Source: the human T2T-CHM13v2.0 reference genome, Homo sapiens
Assembly: GCF_009914755.1 (NCBI RefSeq)
Contig: NC_060936.1
DNA: 64,000 nt
Strand: one strand, 5' to 3'
Shown here piece after piece: positions 43,365 to 55,920 of this stretch. Position 1 is the stretch's first letter, and every line of letters begins with the position of its first letter. A program made the translations under genes and the position numbers. Under the pieces are notes generated by a model that was not told where the DNA came from, did no database searches, and saw only the letters and a program-made list of their open reading frames with translations.

Positions 43365-45050
43365 GAAGCTGAGCATCTTTTCATGTACTTATTGACCATT
43401 TGCAATTTTCTTTTGGAAAAAGTCTGTTCAAATATTTTGCCCATTTGGTGACGAGTAGGGAGTTATTTGCCTTGTTATTGAGTTGTGACAATTCTTTATA
43501 TATACAAGTCCTCAGTAGATATAAGTGTTACGAATATTTACTTTCTTGCAGTCTGGGGTTTGGTTTTTCATTTCCTAAATAGTGTCTTTTGAATAGCAAA
43601 TTTTATAATTTTGATAAAGTCTAATTTATCGATATCTTATATGATTCATAATTTTTATGTTTAATTTTAGAAATTTTTACGAACCCCAAGATCAGAAAGA
43701 TTTTCTCCTATGCTGTTTACCAGAGATGTTATGGTTTTTGGTCTTACATTTAAGGCTGTGATTCATTTCAAATTAAATTTTGTATATGGTATGTATAAAG
43801 GTAAGGCCTGCCTGCCTTCCCTCCCTCCTCCCTTCCTCCCTTCCTTCCTTCCTCCCTTCCTCTCTTCCTCCCTTCTTCCCTCCTTACTTTCTTTCCTTCT
43901 GTTCTTTCATTCTTTCTTTCTTCATACGGGTGTCCAACTGTTCCAGCAACACTTATTGACAAGACAATCCCTTCCCAGTTGAATTGCCTTGCCATCTTTG
44001 CTGAAAATCAATTGAATGTATAAGTGTGGGCCTATTTCTGGATATTCTATTATGTCCCATTGATCTAAGCTTATTCCAATACCACACTCTTGATTCTGTA
44101 GTTTTAGCATCTTCATTCAGGTAGTGTAAATCTTCCAAGATGGGTTTTTGTCTTGTAAAGTTGTTTTGGTTATTCTGGGTCCTCTGCATTTCTATATACA
44201 TTTTAGGATTAGCATGTTAATTTCTACAAAAAGGCCTGCTGGATTTTCATATGTAATGGTGGATTACATAAATCTACAATTCAATTTGGGGATAAGTGAC
44301 ATCTCAACAATACTGAGTCTATCCATAGTCTATCCTTCCATTTAAGCCTTCTTTAGTTTCTTTCAGCAATGTTTTCTAGTTTTAAGAATACATACTTGAC
44401 ACAACTTTCATTAAATGCATTTTTAAGTATTTATGTTATTACAAATGGAACTTTAAAAAATTATTGTTGATATATAAAAATAGAATTAATTTTTGTTCAG
44501 TTTTAATAATTTGTGTCTCTGAAGGAATTTGTCCATTTCATTTATGTTGTCAAATTTATTGGTATGAACTTATCATAATGTTCCCTAAATTATCCTTTTA
44601 ATGTCTGTAAGGTGTATAATAATGTTCCTCTTTCATTCCTAATATTGGTAATTGTCTTCTTCCATTTCTTCTTGATCAGTTTAGCTACATATTTTCAGCT
44701 GTATTAATCTTTTCCAAGAAATCGGTTTTGGTTTTATTGATTGTCTTTTTTGCTTTTGTAGTTTCTATTTCTTTGGTTTCTACTGTTATCTTTATTGTTT
44801 CCTGTCTTTTACTTGCTATGGGTTTAATTTATTCTTATTTTTGTGGTATCTTAGTGTGGAAACTTAGAGCATTGATTTGAGATCTTTCTTATTTTCTAAT
44901 ATAAGTAATGGAACCTGTAAATTTCCCTCCAAGTGCTGATTTAGCTACACCGTACACATTTTGATAATGATGTTTTTAAAATTTTTATTGTGTTCAAAAT
45001 ATTTTCTATTTTTTTGTATTTGTTCCATGACTCAAAAGCTATTTAGAGGT
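43365..45050 (-). mobile_element. Old L1M ORF2 fragment with embedded (CCTT)n tract at ~43810-43920
   Basis: ORF remnants LVNKCCWNSW, RNRPTL; antisense L1 motifs. Confidence 0.75.
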
Positions 45051-45052
45051 AT

Positions 45053-45384
45053 TGTATTAGTCCATTTTCACACTGCTGATAAAGACATACCGAAGACTGG
45101 GCAATTTACAAAAGAAAGAGGTTTAATGAACTTACAGTTCCACATGGCTGGGGAGGCCTCATAATCATGGCAGAAGGCAAGGAGGAGCAAGTCACGTCTC
45201 ACATGGATGGCATCCAGCAAAAAGGGAGAGAACTTGTGCAGGGGAACTCCTCTTTATAAAAACATCAGATCTTGTGAGATTAATTCACTATCACAAGAAC
45301 AGCAGGGAAAGACTTCCCCCCCATGATTCAATTACCTCCCACTGGGTTTCTCCCACAACACATGGGAATTCAAGATGACATTTG
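45053..45384 (-). mobile_element. THE1B-like LTR, one end truncated
   Basis: tgtattagtccattttcacactgctgataaagacatacc...; lacks terminal ccaaaccatatca. Confidence 0.85.
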
Positions 45385-45601
45385 CCATTGCAACACCCAG
45401 AATTTGAGGATGAGATATAAGTGTCTGTTTTCAGGAAAAAAACATACATTGTTTATAAAACATAATACAATAAAGCACATTTAATATGGTAAATAAGATT
45501 GGATCTTATAACAAATTTTCTCCATATTAATGCATGAGACTCAATGCAGGGCATGTTCCTCAAAAGCAAATTCTACTTTATCTATTTTAAATTCCATTTT
45601 A

Positions 45602-46251
45602 GGTCTTTGAGGAATTGCCGCACTGTCTTCCACAATGGTTGAACTAATTTACACTCCTGCCAACTGTGTAAAAGCGTTCCTTTTTCTCCGCAACCTCACC
45701 AGCATCTGTTGAAATACCATTTAACCCAGCAATCCCATTACTGGTTATATACCCAAAGGAATATACATCTTTCTATTATAAAGATACATGCACTCGTGTG
45801 TTCATTGTAACACTATTCACAATAGCAAAGATGTGGAATCAACTTAAATGCCTCTTCACGATAGACTGGATGGAGAAAATGTGGTACATATACACCATGG
45901 AATACCGTGCAGCCATAAAAAGGAATGAGATCATGTCCTTTGCAGGGACATGGATGGAGTTGGAAGCCATTATCATCAGCAAACTAACACAGGGACAGAA
46001 AACCAAACACTGCATGGGAGCTGAATGATGAGAACACATGGACATATGGTGGGGAACAACACACACTGGGGCCTGTTGGTGGGGGAGGGGGAGGGAGAGC
46101 ATCAGGAATAATGCTAATGGATGCTGGGCTTAACACCTAGGTGATGGGTTGATCTGTGCAGCAAACCACCATGGCACATGTTTACCTATGTTACAAACCT
46201 GCACATCCTGCGCATGTACTCCTGAACTTAAGATAAAAGTTGAAGGAAAAA
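45602..46251 (+). mobile_element. 5'-truncated, 5'-inverted L1PA (older PA subfamily)
   Basis: 45602-45710 antisense, 45711-46251 sense with 3'UTR and A tail; 13-bp TSD aaattccatttta. Confidence 0.9.
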
Positions 46252-46258
46252 AAATTCC

Positions 46259-46527
46259 ATTTTAAATTTGGTTAAATTGTCATGAGTACAATCAGTGTTA
46301 CAAAAGGCTTTTCATACAAGGACAGAATTCATGAATTAGTCTCCAAATCTATCTCACAGGTAAAAGTGTTTTTTGTTGTAAATTGAAGAGAGATTTTCAT
46401 GACACTTGAGAAATGGAGACCAAGAAGCCAGAATAATCTGTTCTCTTCCTTGAGGTAAGAACTTGCTGTTCATGTTTACTTCTTCTGCAGTTTGTTCCAA
46501 CTGGTTGACCCTGAGGTACTTGGGAAT
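46259..46527. repeat. Local direct duplication, copy 1 (copy 2 at 48773-49041)
   Basis: Ungapped alignment at offset 2514. Confidence 0.92.
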
Positions 46528-46546
46528 ATCTTATTTAGCCTTTTCT

Positions 46547-46848
46547 TTCTTTCTTTTTTTTTTGAGATGGAGTCTTGCTCTGTCATCCAGTCTGGAGTGC
46601 AGTGGCATGGTCTTGGCTCACTGCAAGCTCTGCCTCCCGGGTTCACGCCATTCTCCTGCCTCAGCCTCCTGAGTAGCTGGTATTACAGGAGCCCACCACC
46701 ATGCCCGGCTAATTTTTTGTATTTTTTTTTAGTAGAGACGTGGTTTCACCGTGTTAGCCAGGATGGTCTCAATCTCCTGACCTCATGATCCACCCGCCTT
46801 GGCCTCCCAAAGTGCTGGGATTACAAGCATGAGCCACCGTGCCTGGCC
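46547..46848 (-). mobile_element. AluY-like
   Basis: TSD atttagccttttct (46533, 46849). Confidence 0.9.
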
Positions 46849-46902
46849 ATTTAGCCTTTTCTTTACCAGTGCACCTTACTTCCTTTCAGTACAATTTATC
46901 TC

Positions 46903-47203
<301 letters not shown>

Positions 47204-47971
47204 TACCTCTTCATTTTTAAAGAAAATTGTCTAAACTGATATTTTAAATAAAAGGAAGATTTAGAAGGCAAAACAATCGGATGGTTTACGTATACTCAAC
47301 AAGACTAGGAAACGTGGGCCATGGAGTCCAGTTACAAATCCTGGATCTATCCATTACTAGTGGTTAATTAACCATGCTATCCCTCAGTTTTCATGTCTGC
47401 CAATAGTGGTAACAATAGTGTTAATTTCATTAGTGTGTGTGTTTATGAAATAGGTGTGTAATGAAAGCATATATATATATGACTTCTAAGTTTTATATTG
47501 TACACAATAAACTGTAGCTACTTTCATTGTTATAAATCTGGGAAATTTGATGAGAATATGTTACAAAAACACATAAAGTCTCAAAATATAAACTTGTATC
47601 TGCTTCTTTGACATCTTATTTTTTTTAAATAGAGCAATAGTTTAATTGAGGATTTTAGGACATTTCCATTTTGAGAACTCTAACTGAGAGGGGCTAACTG
47701 CTTCATATAATTTAAATGCATTTAACTTTGGGATTTTAAAAAGCAAAGGTTGTAATTTTATTTTATCTTTTTCTTCAGATATAGCAAATTATAGCATGGA
47801 TCCAAGGGGGCTATTATTGTTATAACAAAAGGATATAATATTTAGCTATAATACTCCATCATTATAATTAGTTTTCCTTACCGGTGCATTTCAGATGCAA
47901 AATACTTGCTAGCTCATTATATTTTTTATCTCTATTGGGTCAGGCTTACTACTAAAAATCTGCTGAAAGCT

Positions 47972-48728
47972 ATGTATATTAGTCTAAGTTTTCCAGAGAA
48001 ACAGCACTAATAGAATATTCATATATATATAACAGAGCCAGTGGGATATGCATGTGTATATATACACATATATAATAAATCTCTTTGTGTGAGATTTTGT
48101 GTGTGCACATATATATAATAAATCTCTGTGTGAGATTTCGTGTGTGCATGTATATGTATATATGCATATATATTTTGTGTGTGTGCATGTATATATGTAT
48201 ATATAGCTATATACATATATGTATGTATATAGCTAATGGATGCTGGATACATATACATGCACACACACAAAATCTCACACAAAGAGATTTATTATAATAT
48301 ATTGGGTCATGTGATTATGGAGGCCAAGAAGTTCCATGATCTGCCATCTGCAAGCTGAAGACCCAGGAAGGCCAGTGTAGTTCGAGGTCCTGAGAGCCAC
48401 TGGGCCAATGTTACAGATTCCAGTAAAAGTCTGAAGTCCTGAGCACGAGGAGCATTGAGGGCTTCAGGAAAAGATCCATGTCCCAGCTCAACAGTCGGAG
48501 AGAGAGAGGGAGGGGGAGAATTCAATCTTCCTCTGTCTTTTTGTTGTATGAGGCCCTGAACAGATGGGATGATGCCTACCCACATTGGAGAAGGCCACCT
48601 ACTTTACTCAGTCTGCCAATTCAAATGCTCATCTCTTCTGGAAACACCCTTAAAGATGCACTCAGAAATAATGTTTAATCAGATATCTGGGAATCCCATG
48701 GTCTGTGTCACAGAAACTAGTCATCACA
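47972..48728 (-). mobile_element. MLT2B-like ERVL solo LTR with expanded, rearranged TA/TG region
   Basis: tccagagaaacag..gagatttattat..tgattatggaggc..gccatctgcaagctg..cagaaataatgttt..catcaca. Confidence 0.8.
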
Positions 48729-48772
48729 CTATGAATCCTCTTCTCAGAAAAAAAATTATATATATATATTCA

Positions 48773-49041
48773 ATTTTAAATTGGGTTAAATTGTCATGAG
48801 TATAATTATCATCACAAAAGGCTTTTCGTACAAGGACAGAATTCATGAATCAGTCTCCAAACCCATCTTACAGGTAAAAGTGTTTTCAGTTGTAAATTGA
48901 AGAGAGATTTTCACAAAACTTGAGAAATGGAGACCAGGAAGCCAGAATAATCCGTTCTCTTCCTTGAGGTAAGAACTTGCTGTTCATGTTTACTTCTTCT
49001 GCAGTTTGTTCCAACTGGCTGGCCCTGATGCACTTGAGAAA
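48773..49041. repeat. Local direct duplication, copy 2
   Basis: Matches 46259-46527. Confidence 0.92.
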
Positions 49042-50370
49042 ACCAAAATAGGTGTGTATATATAGATGTTTTGATAGATGTATATATATCTGCATATATA
49101 TACCTATTTCAAATGTAATTTTCAGGTGACTTACGAACCTCAGGAAGCCCATTCATGGGCCCTCTCCCCAACCCTCTAGTTCAGGGAGAGTTTCATGGAT
49201 CAGGGTAAGAGTTTTCAGGATAAGAACCCCTTTTTTGATGTTTTGTCAGAGTAGACATTGCAATTCTGACATAGTCTCTGGCCCCAGCCAAAGTGTTTTG
49301 TAAAATGATTTCCATGCAATAGTCTTCCCTTAGTGAGGAAGATGCTTTTATTCTACAGAATAAAACTCACCCCAATTCAGGCTTCCTAAGCAATGATCCC
49401 TTCCTAACGCCTATAATCAAATATTTTTTTCCTCCCATACATTGCTTCATGCAATTAGTATTTTATAGAGTACCCAAGGTGGGCTAAGTACTGTGCTAGG
49501 TGTTGGGATAGCCTGAAATATAAGACATGGTTCCTGCTTTCCAGGGGAGGGGGAAATAAATGGATAAATAAATAAATTACAGTATGACGTGATAAGTGTT
49601 ATAATAAAGATATTAAAACTTATGGGAATATAGAGTCCAACAGCAGCAATATTTTAAAATGTTTAAGTAAACTTTCAATAATGGATCAAATTCTACATCA
49701 AGTTGATTGTGGGCAATTGGAAACTAAAATACTTTTCAGATATATTTAAAAATGAGTATTTGCAGAATAGTTACTAAGCCACAAAATTGAAATGAATTAT
49801 TAAAAATGTTAACTGCAGAGAGTCAGCCTCTTCTACCATCAATACAATGCAATGTTTAAGGCAGTTAATAAAAGTCAGTTTAAGTTCAGAACATGCTGAA
49901 AAGGGAAGAAGAACTAGTTTCTCTCAATCTATCATCTGAAAAAAAGTGTTTTCTTGGGAAGATTTAGAACACAGCTTTCATCAAAGTTGTGGCAGTTCAT
50001 ATTTTACTCCTGAAAACATGGAGAATGAATAAAACATAAGGAAATTTGAATGACAAGCTTGTCTTTATGAAATTTTATTGGCAAAATCACAAATCCTGGA
50101 CCTCATCTTTCAAATGTCACTGCCTTAGTTAAGTCGTGTGTGAATCCTGCTAAGACAGAACCACTTGTTCCTCCTGGAGTTTCTGTAACACCCTGTATTT
50201 CATCACTGGTGTCATAATTCTTCCTTAACCTTTGTCCCCCTCAAGAATGTGAGGTAGGTGGAGACCACCCCTTCCCACTGCAGACCAGGACACAGGTAGC
50301 GGCTTAAAGATCTCATTACCACCTGACAACACAGATGCTGAGAACAACTGGAAGGCTCTTAAACCCATGA

Positions 50371-50607
<237 letters not shown>

Positions 50608-51059
50608 TGAATATCTCAAGGACTTGTAATGGTGTTATGTGGGGACAAGTTCAGGTAGCCTTAAGAGAGGTTAATTAATTAAATGCTACTTTTTGGTTCC
50701 TGCTAATTAGAAAGAACTGCCAAGAAGAATTAAAGTGCAATTCGTAACTCATTATGATGGCCTTTCCTCATGACTCCATCTGAGCGGCAGCGATGGTAAA
50801 TGGAGGAGAAAGCGCTGGATGTCAGAAGATAAGTTACAAACGGCCTTGGGGCCCAGCGCGGGCATAGAGGAGACTGGGGAAGCATCTCCAGGCTTAGGAA
50901 GGGGCACAAGAGGTGGAACAGACTTTAAGACGAGTGCCCAGACAGGGCTGCTGAGGTGTGGGGATGGTGAAGGGAGAACAAAGGCGCTGCCCAGGTCTGG
51001 GGGAGGCTTGGAGCGCTTGGGGAAGGCAAGCCTGGCCTGCATCGGCCCCCAGGCTAGGT

Positions 51060-51094
51060 GAGAGCAGGAGCTGAGAGCAGGAGCTGAGAGCAGG
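51060..51094. repeat. 13-bp tandem repeat (gagagcaggagct), ~2.7 copies
   Basis: Seen directly. Confidence 0.85.
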
Positions 51095-52779
51095 TTTCCC
51101 AGTCACTTTAGGCTCAAGGGTGGGCGGTTGCAATTTCAGCCTGGGGTTGGGTAGAGTGTGAGGCTGAAAAAAACCTGCGGGAGAGGCCAGTGGGGCCCTC
51201 AAGGGGCAAGGTCAAGGCAGGGAGCAGCCACCAAGACAGAGCCTCAGTTCTGATAGTGTCCCTGTCCCACCAGATCCCTGCAACCGCCCTGCGAGGTGAG
51301 CACAGCTGCAATGCTTAGCTCCATTTTACAGATGGGGAAATGGAACCTTAGAGACGGTGTCTTAACCAAGGGTCACCCGGCTGCTGGCTGGCTGACCGAG
51401 GGCCAATAAAGGACCAGATCCCACGCTCCCACTATCCTGGGCAGACCTGGCCCTCCTTAGGGGCTGGCTCCTCCTGTCGGCCGCAGTCTCAGCCTTGCGC
51501 TCACATGGGTAAGTGTGGGCCCCGACACTACATCCTAGAGCCTCGTCCACCGGTCACCCGCCGCCGCCTGGCTGCCCTCACCGAAGAGTGGGGAGGCAGG
51601 CGGAAGCGGAGGTTGGAAGCGCCCAACTCTGACGGCTGGAGAGCTGGAGAGCGCGGGAAGCTTCCCAGACAAACGCCGAGTTTTGTCTCCGCCAGATTTA
51701 TTTGCCCTCGGTGCCTCCACCCGAGTAGGCGCAACCCCAAATGCAGCTAATGCCTTGACACCATCGCCCCCCAATTCCTCCCGCGCGGGCGTTTTACAAG
51801 GCCTGGTGATCACGACCTTCGACCCCGAGCCAGGAGGCCTCTGGGCCTTCCTTTTGGTGTGGTCTCAACTTTACACTTGGGAATGGCAAAGCCTCGCGGC
51901 AAGGGACGGGGTCGGGGTTGCACCTGACCCGAGGAGGCGTTGGGCGGCCTTCCTCTTTCCCCTGCTTCATCCCGCAATGGGTGCCACCGACTTATTGGGT
52001 CTCGTTCTCGCTCTCCCACTCCTTTCCCTCTCCTCAGCCAGCTGATTCTAGACGGAGACCCAGCACAATAGGGAAGGCGGGCTGAGACCAGCTCGGACAT
52101 TCCATCACTCAACCTTGTGTGAGCTCGCGCCCTCATCAGATGCTGGGCAGGAATAGGACACCGGTGAGCGCCTCGTGGTAAGACAGAAACACAAACAGAG
52201 ATGATAAGATGATGTACTGGGACAGGTCTGAACTGTTGGGGTCAGAGTTCGGTACTTAGTAGTCACCGACTTCACTAATAGAAGTGCGCAGGAGAAGGTT
52301 GCTACTCTCCCCTGTGCTTTGGTCTCACAGGCAAAGCCTTCTCCAGACTGTCCCCTGGGCTGGGAATCGCGCCCAGAGTCACGGGCGGCCAGACCCACCC
52401 CATGTGTTCCCCGGCGCGCTCTCCAGTGGAGCTTCCCTAGGAAAGGAGACCGTCCCGAGAGGCTGTGGCGCGCCTGGGACTCCCCGACCCTTGCCACGAC
52501 ATCCCTGCCACCCCTTTTGGCGTGAACCCACCGGGGATCCCGCCCGACGCCGGCTGCGCTGGGCCAAATCCGCGGCGCGCCTCTGCCGGGCACCTCCCAC
52601 CTCCAGCTTCGCCCCTCCCCTCTCCCGGCCGCGCGTCCTCCGCGGCTGGTTCAATCCCCGCGGGGACCCGGAGCGCGGCTGCCGGTCTACGCCCTCTCTC
52701 CTGCCGCTCTCGCGGCGCAGCCCGGCCGGGGGCCCCCGCGCGCCGGCAGCTCTAGGGGCGAGCGCGGCGCGCTGACTGG

Positions 52780-52939
52780 GCGTGCTCAGCCGCGGAGCGC
52801 CCGGGCGCCGCTAGAGCCAAGCGCATGCACTCGCCGGGCCGGGCCGTCCAGGGGCGCAGCGCGCAGGGGGCCGCTCTAGCCGACGCCCTGGCCAGTCTGG
52901 GCAGGACGCGGGCCAGGATGGCCTCCCTCACCGCATACG
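52780..52939 (+). other. Probable first exon of a plus-strand gene (5' end uncertain)
   Basis: Donor ACG|gtaact at 52939/52940 in island core, followed by G-run-rich intron-like sequence. Confidence 0.55.
52918..52939 (+). CDS. Possible coding start or uORF in exon 1 (MASLTAY-, phase-1 intron)
   Basis: gccAggATGG strong Kozak 22 nt before the donor; no downstream coding exon recognised. Confidence 0.3.
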
Positions 52940-53259
52940 GTAACTGGGGCCGTCGCGGGTTCCTGGGGCGGCGGGGCGGAAGGGAGGGGCCCAGGGAGCC
53001 GTCGAAACACCCGGGGAAACTTCGGGGTTCGCCTCTGCGGAGGGGTCTGGAAGGGAGGGAGACGGCGGCCGTGCGCGCCGCTCCTGAGGGGCCGATGTTC
53101 CGCGGGGTTTCGGGCCGCGGGTAACCCGGGAACCGGGTGTCTGCGGGAAAAACGCTTCAAAATTTGGGAGGATCTGGGAGCTTCGGGACTCTAGAAACAT
53201 TCCCCTCGCTTCCGACCACTCAGGGGAAGGGACGCGGGTGTTAAGTCCTCCTCTAGCGG

Positions 53260-53440
53260 GGTGAGGCTTGGAGTTGGGAGATGTGCGTTCAGCCAGCGCT
53301 TATCTTGTCCCTGACTGACCTTGGGCAAGTTATTTAAACTTTTCAGCCTCTGCATTTCTCCGTCTGTAAATCAGAGAGATGAGAACATCTCTCTGACAGA
53401 TGCTGTGGAGTTAAAATAATATGCACTGTAACATGTTTTT
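53260..53440 (+). mobile_element. MIR
   Basis: tgaccttgggcaagttatttaa..cagcctctgcatttctc..tctgtaaa. Confidence 0.75.
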
Positions 53441-55629
53441 AATGCAAAAAAAGAAATCAGTTTGGAAATAAAAGTTTATGAAAAAGGAAGGCATTCATCG
53501 TTCCCCTGCCCATTGTTTTGTTAAATAAATATATATGAATAGACATATACATATATACATGTGTGGTATTGCATGGTTCTGAAGGAAAACAAAATCACTG
53601 TGTGAAGGTTTCAGGCTCAGCTAGAAATCCTAGCGCGCTGGGGAAGCCAGCAAGGCTTCTTATCAACGTTCTTGCTTGTGTGGATAAAGCAATTCTCTTT
53701 AGCCCTTTATCAGAAATACTGCTGAGACTTGGTTATAGGAAGCAGAAACTCAAGTAGACCTCCCTCCCTTCCTCTTGCTTGCAGTCAGTTGTTGCGATAA
53801 GATCTAGATTTGGCATTTTAAAGGGGAAAGCTGTGAGCAATTGATGGGGAATGTTCTGCAGGGACATCTCAAAGCCTGGGATGGGTGGGACGGAAATTAC
53901 TATTCTTTGGTGTGGAATCTTCATTCTCTAGGCCAGTGATGTCCCCTGCTCATTTTACCAAGGTTAACAGGGTCAGTCTCTTTCTCTGGATTTAAATTGT
54001 TTAAAATGATCATTTAGGTGGCTCAGAGGGTTTGCAATTGATGCCTGGGAACCAGTAACAAATTGTGAGCAGATTACAAATTTCAGTCTGGTGGCCTGTT
54101 TTTTCTTTCCTCCAACCCCCTTCCCCCGTGCTCAGAACATTTTTGCTGGGATTTAAGTTGTTCTTACCTGCACGCACATTTAACACTCAACATTGTGGTT
54201 CCTGGGTTACCATCTGGGGATAATTCAATATGCTGATGGCATTTTAGGCATATTCATTGGCAAAACATCTATTTTTACACCTTTTCCTATCAGAGGGATC
54301 TAACTTCTGTTTTTTTACATCATTTTAGATTTTGTATGCTGCCCCATGGATACTGTCAGTAATAGGTTTACGTAATGATCAGTTCTGTACGTTTCTAGAA
54401 GCTTTAAAAGCTTAATTGAGCACCCAGGTGGAGAAAATGAAGTCAGAATAAGTGAAATCATTTTGAAAAGAAGTATATTTCAGTAATTAAAGGAAAAAGG
54501 TGGCAGATCTTTGTTTTTGGTGATTAAGAATTACACAGGTTTCTCATTAGACCCTTAAAGAGAACTGAAGCATATTTCAATAAAAATATCAATTAGAATT
54601 TCTGCTTGACACATTCTCCTCCTGCATCCATCCCTAAAATGATGCATATACTTGGCCACAAATTCCACATTAATTCTTAGATCTGTAGCAGTGTGAGCTA
54701 AACCATGACAGAATAAATTAGTCCATCAGGGTTTTCAACCTAGTGAACAAGTTAAGGAGAAAAACATTGAGCACATTTAATACATTCTTCACCCACTGGA
54801 TACTATTGAGATCATTATCTGATGAGAGCTTGGTCCAGCCCTGGAACCCTCCGCAAATCTTCTCTTTGACAATTGAATTCCTTGTAAAAAATGTCCCCTG
54901 TCAATTCTGTTGGATTTGGGTTTAGGCATCATGATGGGGGATGATCTAAACTTTTTGCCTGGAATTTATAGGGTTCAATTTTTGTGTTTAATTGACTGAT
55001 TTAATAAATGCTTTATTCTTATCTTTAGCACAGGGGCTGCCAAGAGAATGAACAGTTACACTGTAGACCATGTGTTTTAGGTTCACAAGATGAGAGAGAA
55101 ATTTGGCTTATGTAGGCATTTCATTAGCAGCAGCCTCTAGTAATCCTCATTAGCTTCCCTTCTAATATGCATTTCTGATCCCGTTCTTTCTGCATTTTGA
55201 TCCTGCTCTTTTTGTCTTTTGAGCTTGCTCTTTCCGCATTTTAGTATGAATTTTTACTTTCAGGCCACCATCTAGACTCACATTCTAGAAATGAGAAATG
55301 AGATTAGGGTAATCAGTAACTGTAATCCCCACCGGTAAAAATATGTTCAATGAATGATGTTATTTTTAGAATTCTGGGTTTTTAAGGCCTCAACCCTTTA
55401 TACTCACCACTGACATTTATTTTCTTGTCCTTTAAATGGTTTAGGTTCTTAACCACTTTAACTCATTAAATAACCATGCGCATGAGACTAAGGATGGGAG
55501 ACAAGTATTTTTTAGAGAGAAATGACTGGGACTTTAATTGTTCTTGGCCATGCAAAGGAAGGCACAGAGGCTGTGTCCCCACCTGAACCAGGAAGGGCGT
55601 TGTGGTTAGACTCACAGACCTGGCCTGGA

Positions 55630-55920
55630 CCTGTCAGCCGTGATGAGGCTTAATAAGGAGCTGAAAGAGCTGATAGAGCACAGTGATGGCTGTTTCATAT
55701 AGGGAAGCCCTCTCTGAGGAGAAACTTAAGCAGAGAACTAAATGAAGAAAAGGAATGAGGCATTCCATTACATGGGGAAAGAGGATTCTTGGCAATGTGA
55801 ACAGTAAGTGCAAAGGCCCTGAGTCAGGAATGAGCTTGTCATGTTCAAGGCTAGCTAGAAGGTCATTGTGGCTAGAGCAGAGAGAGCAAGCAGAAGACAG
55901 GAAGACAGTGCAGTCTGAGC
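55630..55920 (-). mobile_element. L2
   Basis: gaacagtaagtgcaaaggccctgag..gtggctagagcagag. Confidence 0.75.

Larger units (their letters stand above)
51470..53300. promoter_or_regulatory. CpG island promoter (densest ~52360-53240)
   Basis: Very high GC and CpG density against a CpG-depleted background; GC boxes; NRF1-like GCGCATGC at 52821; no obvious TATA box. Confidence 0.92.

Noticed and set aside
52105-52775. 162-163 aa ORFs on both strands of the CpG island
   Set aside because: Arg/Pro/Gly/Ala-rich frames expected from stop-poor GC-rich DNA; mostly non-ATG starts and no recognisable domain
52843-52878. CTCF-like GC motifs in the island (ccgtccaggggcgc; gcgcagggggccgc)
   Set aside because: Spacing mismatches to the core motif; such near-matches are common in GC-rich DNA
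55340-55416. Possible C/D-box snoRNA (aatgatg ... ctga with short aatg/catt stem) in the intron
   Set aside because: Box C is imperfect (TGATGT), no recognisable rRNA/snRNA guide, expected by chance in AT-rich DNA
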